DNA of 64,000 nucleotides, taken from NCBI RefSeq assembly GCF_018977255.1, contig NW_024704742.1, forward strand, positions 48,424,001-48,488,000. Direction: 5' to 3'. Positions 12,990 through 26,249 of this stretch are shown here, piece after piece. The notes beneath the pieces were generated by a model. It made no database searches and had not been told where the DNA came from. It saw nothing but the letters and a program-made list of their open reading frames with translations. The translations under genes and the position numbers were made by a program. Position 1 is the first letter of the stretch; each line of letters begins with the position of its first letter. The DNA comes from Callorhinchus milii. Lineage: Eukaryota.

Positions 12990-15806
12990 GCATTTATTTT
13001 TAAAGTTCACTTGCTGTGCTGCTTAAAATAGCTATATGGCATGCAAAGCAGTAGTGACCGCAATTTGTCTGGAGAGCCACTGCTTGTAATGGATGCATAG
13101 ATAACAATTTGTAATCTAGTTACAACCAGCTTGTCTATTCATTAAAAAAATAAAAAAAAGGACCGATATTCTTCTACAAGTCTTGCATTTTACAGTAACA
13201 AATAAAAGAGAAAAGATATAAAATTCAGGCTTAGATTCCATGTATTTTAACCAAATTGACAAAAATATAAATCAAAAGACAGAACATTTGGTTAAACCCG
13301 ATCCAAGTATTTTTACACAGTTTTGGCTTTGCTGCGCATCTAACATTTTGAAATGAAATGTCTTGTAAATGCATGACATCCGTTCTTTGCGATCGCCCTT
13401 GGTTGTTCACAGCTTTCCTCTGTGCTTGTGGTGTTTTCTGTAGGTGCATAAATCTTCACTGTGCACTTAAATGTTCAGCAGCTGGTAAAACTCAAGAAAC
13501 CACAGCTACACCTTTACTTGCACCACCCTTCTTCTCCCTTCCTGTCTCCTCCAACCAGAATGCAGAGCAGTATTTTTAATGGGATGTTATGATTTCATTA
13601 CGCTGTAGAATTACAAAGATGTACATTCCACCCAAATGTACCATAAAATTAAAGAAAGCAAACTAAACAGGTGAACTGCCCTTGAAGCTGAGCAACACCT
13701 TTTGAAGTGCTCAAAACAGAAAGAGCGAGACTTGAGAGTTCTTGAGAAACATTAGTAAATATAGTGCACTCAAACATCACAAGCACTAACAATGCTGATC
13801 TGTTGCCGGATCATAAAGTAAGTGTACATTAATTCTTTGGGTTCATTCCCACTTGTCACGAGTCAACTGGGTATGTGCTCACAGTCCCACTTATAAGACC
13901 CTCTTTTGACTCCATTGCCCCATTTCCACACTAATGTATTATGGCTCTCAATGCACCAATAACAGTGGTTTTAACATTTTCACAACATTCAATGAGATCC
14001 CGCTTGTCCCTTTTGCTAGTCTAGATGCAGTCTCCCAGTGCATTAAATGGGTACCATACTAAATGAGTTTACCATTTTTCTCTTCCTTAGCTTTTTTTAG
14101 TTATTTTTACTTCAACTCAAATCTTAACCCTTATTTGAAATTAAAAATGTACAGGGAGATTTGAACTGCTAGTTTAGTGACAGCATTTGCATTATTGCTC
14201 AATCTAAGCAAAGAATTTAGATCACTAGTTCTATTAACATAGCAAAATATCCGCTTGTTTTTAAGGTCAGGTTGCATCCTTGAGATAACTGACATGTAGA
14301 ATTCAACTTGGTCCATTTTTTTTAACCCGAGTACTTTAGTAAGACAAGCGCCGAATGTAACTTTGATTAAAGTCTCCGGTTTGCAGATTTTCAACCCTCG
14401 CTTTTTCCACTCCGCAACCCTTACCCAACAACACATCCCAAAGCCGAAGCTGACCGCTGGCATTCTGATCATAAAATAAAGCTAACACCAAGTGTGGGGA
14501 GAGACTCCGCCTTGGGTCTAGATTTACTGCCTTTACCATTTACACTATTTAGAGAGCATTTTAGAATGTCCAGAGTTCGGCAAATTGTTGGATTCAGTCT
14601 CAAATTTACAATAGTCTTTCTCTAGTTCTTCCAAAAAAACTGGCTTCAAATTGAAGTCAGTAGAGATATTTGCTAAATTCTAGATGCTCTAAAATGCTTC
14701 AGTAAACTGCTGATAACCTGATCCCAGCTTAAGTTGTCACTACCACTTAAGTCATCGTGCTGTCAATATCCCGGACAGATTTATTTACATACAGTATTTA
14801 TATACGCCTAACTCCCCACTTTGAATAACTCATGACCTTTGGAGTGCCGAGTTATCAGGAGTTTATTATACTTAAATAGAGTCGATCTAGACCGAGGTGA
14901 AATTTATTTCGAAAGGAGTATGTTTTAAATAGAAGTAGACCAAAAAAATCATTCCCCAAAGCAATGGAATAGACACAAGTATCTGGGCACTTTCTCAAAA
15001 GGTAAGAACGTGGATTTCATCAAAGAATGGTTGAACCGATGAATAAAGAGATCCAAGTGAAGCCAACAATTAAAGAGCAAACATTTCAAGCAGCTTCTAA
15101 AAAACAGTCACAAGTCGTAACTCCAACAGTATGGGCTTATCATGAGCGAGTGTATTATATTAGAGGGAATATGTATGTCTTATGCTAGAGGGCAATGATA
15201 ATGTTTATAAAGCTTGTCATAACCAGTTAGAGACATGCATCCACCTTTCAATATTAATCTGAATTGTTTTAGTCAGTAAGTGCTCCGCAAGCAGGAAGCA
15301 GAGTAACAGAAGGGTCTTATAAGTCAGATACACATAATCACATTGACTGCAACGACCAAAAGGATAACAATGACAAAAAATAAGCAGCCCTATTACAGTC
15401 TAAGCACCACTCACTACATTGCACCAGTGTTAGTGACAGAAAAAGTGCACTAGTAAATACTTCCGATTTGAGCTTGGTTGTGAGATGTCCAGCTTTTAGT
15501 AGACAGCAAGATGAATTGCTTGGGCACCATTTAGTCCAGGGCTTATAGAAATTCCAGACACCTTCCATCAGTTAGTGAACTGAAACGATGATAGCAGAAA
15601 GTTATTCATGCGCCTCCCGATACCACGTCATGATGAAGAATGAGATAACATGCTCGTCTTACATTTATTCTGACAATAAACAATATATGTTGAAGACAAG
15701 AGGTTCAGCATATATAACTGGAAGGCTCAACATCCGCATGGATCATGAAGTGTTATCTCAGTTATTACTAGACTCTAGTGTTTAAAGAGATCTTTCCAGA
15801 TCCTCT
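12990..15806 (-). other. APBB2: APBB2 3' UTR (distal end uncertain; may be longer)
   Basis: AT-rich, repeat-poor sequence after the stop; minus-strand AATAAA near 12993-12998; further candidate signals exist more distally. Confidence 0.5.
14496..14706. mobile_element. MITE-like palindromic element within the APBB2 3' UTR
   Basis: Similar to the 60481 copy (agcattttaga...ggcaa...attcagtctcaa...aaactggc); internal inverted arms. Confidence 0.65.
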
Positions 15807-15974
15807 TCAAGGCGATTCAGATACTGGTTGCTTTTGTTTCAAAGTGTCAATGAGAGACAAAACACCACGTTTTACACTGGTCGTGACCCGTCTTGTCACA
15901 GAGTCTGTTGGAGGACCAGAAGAACACATCCTTGGCGGGGGAGGTCTGGCCACTAAACACTTCTGGTACCGAAG
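15807..15974 (-). CDS. APBB2: APBB2 last coding exon
   Basis: ttacag|CTTCGG acceptor; LRYQKCLVARPPPPRMCSSGPPTDSVTRRVTTSVKRGVLSLIDTLKQKQPVSESP*; 168 nt; matches APBB2 C-terminus. Confidence 0.96.
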   Translation of the reverse strand, partial: LRYQKCLVARPPPPRMCSSGPPTDSVTRRVTTSVKRGVLSLIDTLKQKQPVSESP

Positions 15975-16479
15975 CTGTAATAAAATGAGATTAAATACTG
16001 TTATGTTTTCTAGATATCGTTCCCACCAATAAATCATGCACTTCTCAGCTTTCAAAAAATTCCAAAAATAAAATCCTTACAAATGTTCACATTTTAAGAA
16101 TAAGAAATTAAACCCACAAAATAATTAACATGCAATAGTTCCTCGGTTTGATAGCTGTAGCTGCAGGGTATAAAGATAGTCCAGTTTGCAGCAGGCTGAA
16201 TGGTCAAATACAAACAGACCGAAAAGTAACCGACAGCAAAATTCCTATTTAATTACAAAATTGCTATAAATTTTTCAATGAAAGTCAGCATTATGCTGGT
16301 GTCTATCCTAGACAAGACAAGTTTTGTGACAATCAGCAGTCAGTCTTGCAGTATCTAGGTCAGCAGTCTAAAAGCGGCACATTAAGAATTCTCTGTCTAA
16401 CGTGGGAACATTTCAATATGTCGAACAGATCCCATTACCATCAGAAGCTTTGGTGAATCTTAAATAGTGATGTTCATGT

Positions 16480-16830
16480 CGGAAAACGTCTCAAGTGCTT
16501 TATAACAACTGGCACTTATATAGAGATGGGAGTGGGAGACTGAGCAAAGTAGGAGATTGGGGGAGGGAGGGGGTAAGTGGGAGATGACCAAAGGCACAAA
16601 GAGGCTTTTCATTGGGTTTTGAAAGCAATGAGGGAGAGTTTGAGGCGGAGGGATTTAGGAAGAATTCTAAAGAGTAGGGGCAACAGGTCTGAAGGCTCAT
16701 CTGATGATGATGAGGCAGAGGGGGTGGAGCACATGGATGGGTCCTGAGTTGGCAGAGTGGAGGAAGTAGATAGGAGAGTAGGACTGGTGAAGATCACAGT
16801 AAGGGCATGGGGGCATTTTAAAGTTAAAAC
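16480..16830 (-). mobile_element. Old L2 3' relic in the last APBB2 intron
   Basis: Purine-rich + strand; ILPKSLRL...FKT similarity to the L2 C-terminus. Confidence 0.6.
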
Positions 16831-16862
16831 AAGAAGTAAAGCTTTGTTCAGAGGGTACACAC

Positions 16863-17042
16863 CATACATGCTGCCTGAACAGCCTCAGATACGTTTCCTG
16901 CATTTGGCTCACACCAGAACACGTGACTCTCATAGCGCTGGTTCCCTGTGTCCATAATGAAGGCGAACGAGTGGATATCCTTCCCCACTCCGATGAAAGA
17001 CAGAAAACGGACTCGGCACTCCAACAAAACCTCATCTTCATT
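16863..17042 (-). CDS. APBB2: APBB2 exon, PTB2 domain
   Basis: gagcag|AAT...ATG|gtgtgt; 180 nt; NEDEVLLECRVRFLSFIGVGKDIHSFAFIMDTGNQRYESHVFWCEPNAGNVSEAVQAACM. Confidence 0.96.
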
Positions 17043-18755
17043 CTGCTCAAAGTTTAATAAAGCGAAAGGAATTAGTTATAATGTGAGCAATATAACATAT
17101 AGGAGATCAAATTAATTTTGTGAAGGTGTTCAGACATTGCACCAACTCAACATTTGAAGAATTGGAAGAGAATGGACTTCTTTACCTTCCAATAGCAGAG
17201 AATCATAGAAAATGTACAGCACTAAAGGAAGACATTAACTCCAGCATGTCTGTACTGGCGCAAGCTCCACACTGATTCTAATCCCATTCCCTTTCAATAG
17301 TATTTGGCAATTTTCCCTTGAAGTGTGGTTGAGAATTGCCATTGAACAGCCAATACAGCACATTTCACATTCCAACAACTCTGCAAACAATATTCCAACC
17401 TGTCCCTTTCTCCTTCATAGAGACTTAAATCACCAAAATAGCAAATTGGAGTCAATGACACAGAAAGAGTTAAGCCAGTCACCAGTGAGCCCCTCATTAC
17501 ATTATTGCCTCAGACAGTCCTATCTGAAAACCTGATCAAATGGTAATCTGCCGATAATGTTCTCTGGGATGAAAAATGTTCATATGAAAAGAAAAGTACA
17601 GAATAATGAGGGCACTGGGTGTCTGACACTTGAGAAAACTCATTGCCATACTAAAGTGTATCTAGAGCAGATCAGACTGAGAGTTCCACACGTGTATGCC
17701 ATCTATATATGGAAATGTCCCTGTATCTGGATGGAATGAACACTCTCTCCGTGGAGGGACATACCCTGCTTATCTAGTTCTGGAGACCTAGGCTTGGGGA
17801 CCTTTGGAATACTGCTGTAGTTCAACCAGCCCAAACCACAAAGCTGCACTATTGAAAGTACAAACAATGCTCTACAATACAACTTACTATAAAGGGAAAC
17901 AAACAAGCATTCAAAAAAAGTGGTCTGTAAAATAGCACTTTCATTTCATTTACTGTATCAAGGTGTCACTTCCTAAAGCAGTTCACACAATGAGGTAATT
18001 TGAAGTGTAGTGACTGCTGCAGCACCAGGATTGACATCACCTGTTAGGTGGTGAGGGGTAGCTCAGTTTCTAATTCAGTGTTGTCAACGTCTCATGGCTT
18101 TAGGTTGCATTAACATCATCTCAGTGGTAATGTCTGGACACTGTCCTGAGGCCACTACAGTCAAATTTGACAAACAAATACATTTGATCAAGTTTGATTT
18201 CAGAAACCACAACAAACTAAAAGGCCCTCTTGCACAGCCTATAGCAACGTGAGGGTACAGGCTCAATCTCACACCCTAAAGTCTGATACATGGAGAGTGT
18301 CAGGCTGAATATATATTGTTTGCTGATATCCAAATGTGAGTCACACTGACCGATGGGAACTATGCACTGACTCACCAGTTGTCTGGTTCTGTCGGAGTTC
18401 TTATAATCCAACGAAAGGTACAAATCCTGAGTGAATCCTGAGCCAATGCAGGTTGCAATTCACACACTTCAGAGCCAACACAGCACAGCTGTCAAGACCA
18501 CTGTCAGGAGCAGTGATCTCAGGAGGTGGTGGGTGGAGGGAAGTAAGGCATCCTTTTCCTTCTCCACCAGGGGGAGCCCTCCCTGGTCCTTCCTCACGTG
18601 CTCTGCTCTGGCAATCAGCTTGAAGCGGAGGTGATGGAGACTTCAGCCTCCTTCCTTCCTTCCTCTCAGCTGCTGACAGAACAAGACCCCAGGAGACGAA
18701 GGGAACCCAGTGAAAAAGAGGACATACAAACACAGACAAAAATGTTACCACTTAC

Positions 18756-18871
18756 CTTCTGTCTTATCACTGTAACAGTGGCATCAGCAACGTTCATGAT
18801 GACGGTTAGCCAGTCTGCTTTGTTAGTTGTGGCCAGTAAACTGTCTATTGCCCCGTTCAGTATTTCTATAC
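18756..18871 (-). CDS. APBB2: APBB2 exon, PTB2 domain
   Basis: ctgtag|GT...AAG|gtaagt; 116 nt, phase 1 to 0; (G)IEILNGAIDSLLATTNKADWLTVIMNVADATVTVIRQK. Confidence 0.96.
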
Positions 18872-19080
18872 CTACAGATCAAGTAAAATGGAAGAATTAG
18901 CGGGCAACATTCTCTTACTTTTATCTCATTTGGTTTTCTTTCCCTTTATGGCACATTATTATACCAAATTATTATTGCATTAACTTGTTCTTATTCTGAG
19001 TAATGGCAACAGCAATATGAAGTCAAATAGGCAATGTAACTAGTACTCTGTCCACCCAAGGCATCAAGGAGACAACTTAC

Positions 19081-19164
19081 CTAGTGGCTTGGCCACAGGT
19101 AACATGCCCAGGTACTGAACATGAAACTTTTGTACCAGTTCCGTCTTTGGTGTTGGGAAATCTA
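19081..19164 (-). CDS. APBB2: APBB2 exon, start of PTB2
   Basis: atgcag|TAG...CTAG|gtaagt; 84 nt, phase 1 to 1; (V)DFPTPKTELVQKFHVQYLGMLPVAKPL. Confidence 0.96.
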
Positions 19165-19729
19165 CTGCATAGCATGAAAGAAAAATTAAGACACGTCAAA
19201 ATTAACTTTACTGCGCTGCAAACTTTGAACAATATGTTAACAATAACCATCATATTACAATTAGGGATATCAACTCAACAGAATCATAGAAATGAATAAT
19301 ATAGTAGGAGGCCATTTGACTCATTATTTTGTGTCAGTGTTTGCACTTCCAAAAAGCCACCCACCCTAATCCCAATTCTCTGCTCTTTCCCTATACCCTC
19401 CAATATTCCTCCTCTGCATGTTCTTGTCCAAGTCTGCTCTAAAACCACTTCTGAACCTCTCTAACTCCCCAAATCACAATGTTGATTTGCGCTGTCTTGT
19501 CCTTGAGTTCCCTCCCAGCAGAAAGTTTGTCGTGATTAATTCCCTCAAACCCTTTTATTAGCTTAAACACCTTGGATCATATAACTAAATTGAAGACACC
19601 CGTAGAGCTGGAACTACATTTCTGGATGTCGTTTGATGATAAAATTCAGATGTCACCCTGCCTCAGTTGGTTGCATTCAGCTGATTGTTTATTCCTGCCC
19701 ACATTGGAAATTTGAACTCATATAGTCAA

Positions 19730-20100
19730 GGCTGACACATTGGTGTCAAAGAAGTTGACTCCTGACAGTGCTAGGGGTGTGCTGAATTTTTGGAGGTGTG
19801 TCCTTCAGATGAGATGTTAAACCAAGGTCCCACTGCCTGTTCAGATGGACATTAAAGATCCCATAGCACTATTTGAAAAGAAATGAGAGGCCTGGTCAAC
19901 TGGATAAAATTAGTGATTCACTTCATGTAAGGACACTTCATTGTGGGAGATGCTGTCTGCAAACTGGCTTGTCTATAAAATGTGTTTGTCTATAAAATAC
20001 ACAGTTACTACACTTTGCAGTATACCCTGTGAGGTGATTTGATATGTCCTCTCAACCCGAAAAGGTGCTAAATCAAATGTAAGTTTTTTTAAATTATTAT
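19730..20100 (+). mobile_element. Deu-domain-like SINE relic
   Basis: ggaggtg..ccttcagatgagatgttaaaccaaggtcc...cattaaagatcccatagcactatttgaa. Confidence 0.75.
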
Positions 20101-22216
20101 AATACATTGGACATCAGCTTTTATATCATGTAGGCCATGACATAACAGTCAATAGATTTTGTGTTTTTCAATCAATATTTTTCGAACCATTGATCATCCA
20201 TTATTATTATTATTAATGATAATTAATATCATCATTAACTAAGAATGCACCAGGAATATTGAAACTATCGAGTACTCACTAAGGGTCTGTGGAATAATTT
20301 GTGTCAATTACGTGGACTCCCGACATGTTTCTCAAAAGCCACACCAGTGCTTTTGTTTTTAAAAAATCCTTTTAATTCTACTTCTGGCCACATCTGAATG
20401 AACTGGAAGCCACATCGAGCCGTGAAGCTGTATTTTATTATTGCAACCATCACTCTGTGAAAGGCAGTCGATGCAGTTGATGAAAATACGCACTTAAATA
20501 TTTGACTGTACAACTTCACTTTGACATCCTGCAATATTTAAGTGCAGTGACAACTTTAGAAATTCATTCTTAATTTTAAGATGTAAACCTGATTTGACTT
20601 TCATATCCTGTCATCAGTCAATCTAGTTCACCCCACATAAAAAAGAGATCTGAGACTATAGTTAACTATGGTTAACACCACAGGTAAATGAGGACCGAGA
20701 TAAGAGTGTGGCCTTACTTCTATCAAGCAAGATGCATCTCAACAACAACTTGCATTTATATAGCGCCCTTCATGCCGCACGGCATCTCGGAGTGCTTCCG
20801 AGACGTGAGCCAACTGAGTGGCCACCATTCTGAAACGTGCCACACCAAGGACAATGAACAGCCCTGAGTAGAAGATATAGCAACATTTGGAGCCAGGGAG
20901 AACTTCCAAGCCCGTGACAAGCCCGTGACAAGCCCAACTAAAGTTGGAAAACAAGTCAATTTCTAAACTGGAAAATGTCCACTGTGATACAGTGTCAATG
21001 ATAGCTAAAGAAGGCAGTGCTGCTGTTTCTGGAGGTGAGTATAAGAAACTGAAGCCCATTGCAGGTGTGGGCTGAAGTCAAACATTCATTAACTCAACAA
21101 AAGACACAAGGTGACAATTGGAAACTGGGTCATAGTGGTTTGAAACACACTCGAGACTGGGGAATCTGTGCTAAAATAATCAATTTGAGAACTTTTCTGA
21201 CTGTGAAAGAAACACTGTGACAGCCAGCAAATGGAGGAGGAAGAACAAAATGTGGTGTTGAGTGGTGGTTCATACACAGTATAGGCTTGGAAATGGAGCC
21301 GGGTGGAGGGAAAGAATCATGTGGCTGTTGTGATTGAAGCTTGTAAAGGAGATGTTCCTGTGGGCCTTTCTGTGAGGAGGTGACAGTAACCTGCTGTCTG
21401 TGCAGGACAAATTAATAAAGAAGAACATGCAGTTGTGGCGAGCCACACAACTGAAGCACTAACTAATGCTACACTGACCTCACATGTTAAAGCTACTCTT
21501 CTGTATTTATAAATCAGGTATGGAGCTACAATCTCATCCTAGCTTCTTAACCATTACTCTCATATCCAATTTAGGGTTGATGGACCTGTGAAGTCCATCT
21601 TTCTCAGGAGGATTTTCAAAGTGGTGGCTGAACATGGAAACAACACTCACTTATCCTGAAAGTAGATGGTGTCAGACTGAGATTCTAACACTACTGATAC
21701 GATGCATTGTTATGCAATACTTGATATTAAAGCTTTGAGGGACAACATTTCATCTAAATTTAGGCTACAAGACTGTTTTGTCTTAAAAACTAAGAGCATG
21801 CAGAATTGTGGAAAATTCTTAAATCTTATATATTGATAATCCTTTAATTTGATATATTGCCTTATCAGGTTGTTGAGACGTCTCAAAATGCTTCACAGGA
21901 TATCCTGTAAAGTGGATTGGCTGTATATTTAGCTTGAAAGCAGGTTTTCTGAAGTTCTTAAAAATACCAGATTGTAAATTAAGATTGAATTTTAGAACTT
22001 TACACAATTTGGGGCCTCAATTGTATAAAATATGATCACAGCAATTGAAAACTATAGACAAACTGAAGGTGTCTCACTTATGTCTCATTTTCATTTGCTT
22101 TACTTTCGTCATGGGATATATAAATTTAAGACATGTCAAAATGAGCGGCCTCAAAGAGGTTTATTTTTAAAATTCTCAACACATTGTGCATCCAGCTGAT
22201 GTTATCGAAGCATTAC

Positions 22217-22304
22217 CTTGCAGAGGAACCTCAAGGTTTACACTGACTCGCTCCTGGGAGACGCTGCAAGCCACAGCTTTGGCAGTCCTCCGTTCCGCCA
22301 TAAT
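22217..22304 (-). CDS. APBB2: APBB2 exon, PTB1-PTB2 linker
   Basis: ctgcag|ATTATG...CAAG|gtaatg; 88 nt; IMAERRTAKAVACSVSQERVSVNLEVPLQ. Confidence 0.95.
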
Positions 22305-23625
22305 CTGCAGAAATTGAATAATAATGTGATTATTATTCAAATGTTGAAACACAATAAAGATATTGCTTTATATTTATGGGTCCTGATACCCAAGCTGAAT
22401 GGGGCTTGTTGTGAGACAGATCAAGATCAGACAACCTGTCCAATGCAGTATGAACAATAAATCTTTGAATACTTACAGTACACCAATATCAAATAGTATT
22501 CTGTCTGTTAGGTAGCTCAATGCCTCTTGCTCTTTGCTTCAAAGCAAAAGTGTTTTGTTGGCAGTGCTCAACCTTTATGTACTGACATTGCTCTTAATAC
22601 CCAAGTGAGATGCCCAAAGATGGAAAAAGAGCAACACCAAAAGTGTAAGCAAGATAATTAACACAAGATGAAAAATGTCCTTCACATAATACTATTTCTT
22701 CCCTTTTCAGTAATCTTGTAGAGGAACATATGGGTCAGAAATTTCACCAGCCGCTTTTGTTAATTGAGCAGAATTCAAAATGTTTTATTCCTATTTTACA
22801 TGTAAACATTACTGAGGCTCTTTTTAAACCAGTGATTTATCATTCCAGAACTTGGCAACATGATGGAGAAAATTCAAATGTTTCTTCCTGTTAGACAGAT
22901 GAAACTCTTAAATTGACTATTATGCTGATGTACTGCTGTGCATGTTGTCTATAATGGAAAATTACTGAACACTTGTACTGATGTACCTTTAAGTGAAATT
23001 TTGCTAATAACTTTTGTAAATTGCTAGGCAATGTTAATGAGGAAGGTCTTTTCCTTATCCAATGTCCTTGGTGTGTCTAGCATGGTTATGAAGAAAAACG
23101 GATGCGCTAACAGACGACCTTTGTTATGTGAGATGTAAGACAAAGAACAGGTATCTGTGATAACTAGGTCACCCAGCAGCTATAGTATAATAGCTAACAT
23201 TGAAGAAAGGCTAATTTACAAATGTAGTAAACAAGTTGGGTCTAAATGTAGCTGAAAGTAACTGTTGTATTTAGAACAGACCTGGGAAGAAAGCACAGAA
23301 CCCACTATGCATCTGTTCTCCAGATTAGGTAACTTTGTCTTTTCTGTAGCTTTGCACTGTCCATAGTAAAGAATAATTGAATTAAACTGTTGTTGTGAGC
23401 TTGATTATCTGGTGTCCAAAACCAACATTCCTGAAAAGATTTTTTTTTATTGCAATACTCTCCACCCCCAAACTTTAAGAACTACAAAAGAGGAAGTTCA
23501 CCAGCACTTGGCACAAAGGACAGCTTCTAGGACATCACAGTAACTGCTTTCTTTGTGAGTCTTAGAATCTGTAAATGGCCGCTCAGAGAAAATGTCAACA
23601 AACTCACTTTGACTTCCAGTAAGTA

Positions 23626-23920
23626 CCAACAACAAATTACATTTGTATAACTCCTTTCAGGTCAGGACGATGTCCCGAGGCGCTGGACAGTCAAGGAGTT
23701 GCACCCGTATTTGGGGTTTGGGATCAGGAGAGGTGGAGGGCAGGGAGGGAAGGGGTAGGAGTGTGTCCAAAGGTGCAGTCGAAGAGGAGGGTCTTCAAAC
23801 GGGCCTTGAAGGAAGCAAGGGAGGAGGCGAGGCGAAGGGACGATGGGATGGAGTTCCAAAGGGGGAGGGCAGGCCAGAGTCCACTGAGCAGAGGGAGCGG
23901 ACAGGTTGGTGTGGGAACCC
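23626..23920 (-). mobile_element. L2 3' relic
   Basis: LWNSIPSSLRLASSLASFKARLKTLLFD plus L2 tail. Confidence 0.8.
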
Positions 23921-24157
23921 AGATGTAACATCTCATAGTTACAACAATAAGTTAATGTGTATTGTAATGGAACTTTGCACTGACCGAAGCCTCTCTGGAA
24001 AATATCCTAAAATTTCAGTGAAAGCGATGTAAAATTGTATGAAAGAAGGTTGATAAATTCCACTTTGCCACAAAATTATTTTTGCTGCAAAATACTAAGC
24101 AGTAGTCATAGACCCAAGAATGATGAAATAAAAAGCTGTAAACACTGAAAAAATTAA

Positions 24158-24530
24158 TTAAAACAGGAAATGCTGGGATGACTAGCATCTGAAAGAAAAA
24201 GGTAGATTAACCTCTTGAGTTTTAGCTTCAGACAGGGAGCCCTGCCTGTCAGCTGACTTGAAACCAACACGTTTTGAGTTTGATTCAACCTTCGATCTTT
24301 CAAGGTTGGAGTAAATGGTAACTCTTTGGGAGAGACATCAGGAAACCCAAGTCAGGTCAACATCGATGCAAGGCTGAGCATTTAAGACTTGAAAGTGCAG
24401 GCATTTCCTCAGTACGTAAGTGCTTTGAATTTGACAGGGCCAGTACAGATAAGCTGTGCGGAGCCAAGTCAGAAGAGTTCAGCCTCTGAAACGTTAACTA
24501 TCCTTCCCTTTCAGGCACTGTCTTGTTTCT
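24158..24530. mobile_element. Degraded inverted-end element, Penelope-terminus-like
   Basis: aaaacaggaaatgctgg...gcatctgaaag...gattaac on the left and ctgaaacgttaacta...ctttcag on the right resemble recalled inverted-end repeats common in cartilaginous fish. Confidence 0.45.
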
Positions 24531-26249
24531 AATTTTTGATCACGATAGCAACGCAAAAAAAAAGCATATTCCCATACAGACCAGAAACAGTATTTATAAT
24601 TTGTTCAGCTTCCTTGCAGACACAGCACAGACGAGAAGGAAGGTATTGCAAGGACTATATTACTTAATACTGCAAAAATAAGCAAAAATATTGACCTGAA
24701 GTGTGGGGCTAATTTCTCATTCAAACAGATCTTTAAGGCAATATTTGCGCATTGGGTTTTACATTGAATGCATCTGAGAACAATTCCACTTGCAAATAAT
24801 AAGGACGAACACTCACAGAGCAGGGAAATGAATTATTTTTACTGTCAATCATATTAGCACTGTTTGGTCTACAAATTTACATGTTGCCATCATTTACTTT
24901 AGAATCAAACTATTCTTTCATAACTCTCTCTCCAAAGCCTCCTACCCATCCTTTCCCTCTATGTTCTCAAATAGCTGCTGAAGACCTACATAATTGATAC
25001 ATAGACATGGATAAAACTCTCCTTGCTAATGAAGACAGTTTTATACCATTCAGCCAATGGGGAGAGTGTAATGTTTCAGATGGCACTGTTTGCCTTCTTT
25101 TCTTCCTCCTTCAGATACAACTTTTTCTCTTAAACATTCATAACTGTTAAGAATACCCACCCCCCCCCACCCCCGTTCCCGCTCAGCCTATGTAAGGTGC
25201 TTTGAGACCTTCTCCTAATGTGACAGGCACTAAATAAGCAAATTGTTCTTATATAATTGTTCCTGGCATATTCAAAATTGTTTTCTCTTTCTTCAATTTT
25301 AATACTTTGTGAGACATTGCTGCTGCTGTGTTTCACTACATTCTGCACCATTTTATTATTTATTTTCAGATCATCATCCCACTCTTTCATATGGCATGAT
25401 AAGCCAATAATCAAATACAAGTGTTATTATATAACAAGCAGTTATTATTATTACTATCATAATAGTGTCGGAAGCCCACATTTTTCCTAATGCGAGTTGA
25501 CAGATATAGGAGACCTAATTACAGCATTCATTTTTGAAGCCCATTTCTAGAGCCGTAAACCAACACAAATAACATTCTTCAACCCTGACAAGAGGCATTG
25601 ACTCAATTGTAACCAAGGCTGTGTGCAACAGAATTGTTCAAATAGCACTGGTCAGGTAATTAAACTGAAGAAGTGCATAAGATTTAAAGACATGGTCAAG
25701 TCATGAAGCATATCAGTGTTGAGCATTGTGTGCATGCTGAGTACTGAGGTTGTCATGAATGATCATTTCAGCAGAAGAGACGTTAAGAGCTGATTGATGT
25801 GATTGTGTTGAACAAGTTAATATAAAATTATAGAAACACTGACATGAATGAAATCATTTTCTAATGTCAAGTGTTATGAGATATTCTTGAATTACGAGAG
25901 TTTGTCTGAAATACTTGAGCCCTAGACCATTCATGTTATTGAATTATTGCCCCACACCTAATGACATGAATCTATTGATCTCTAAAACATCCATCTCCTT
26001 TTTAATGAAGACAGATGAAACCATTCAGCCAATGTGGAAAGTGCGATGTTTCAGATGGCATTGCTTACCTCCTTTGTTCCTCCTTTGGATACAACTTTTT
26101 CCCTGAAACATTCATAAAGTTAAGAGTGTACTTTGGGTGCCACACACCTAGCCTTCCCAGGAGGGTTCTTTTCAGAGCTCAATGCCTCAACCCAGCAAAA
26201 GATCAGTCTGTGACAGTTACAGTGCAGATAAAAGCAGCAGACACACATA

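Noticed and set aside
20908..20935. Short tandem duplication aagcccgtgac x2
   Set aside because: Ordinary slippage within a repeat relic.
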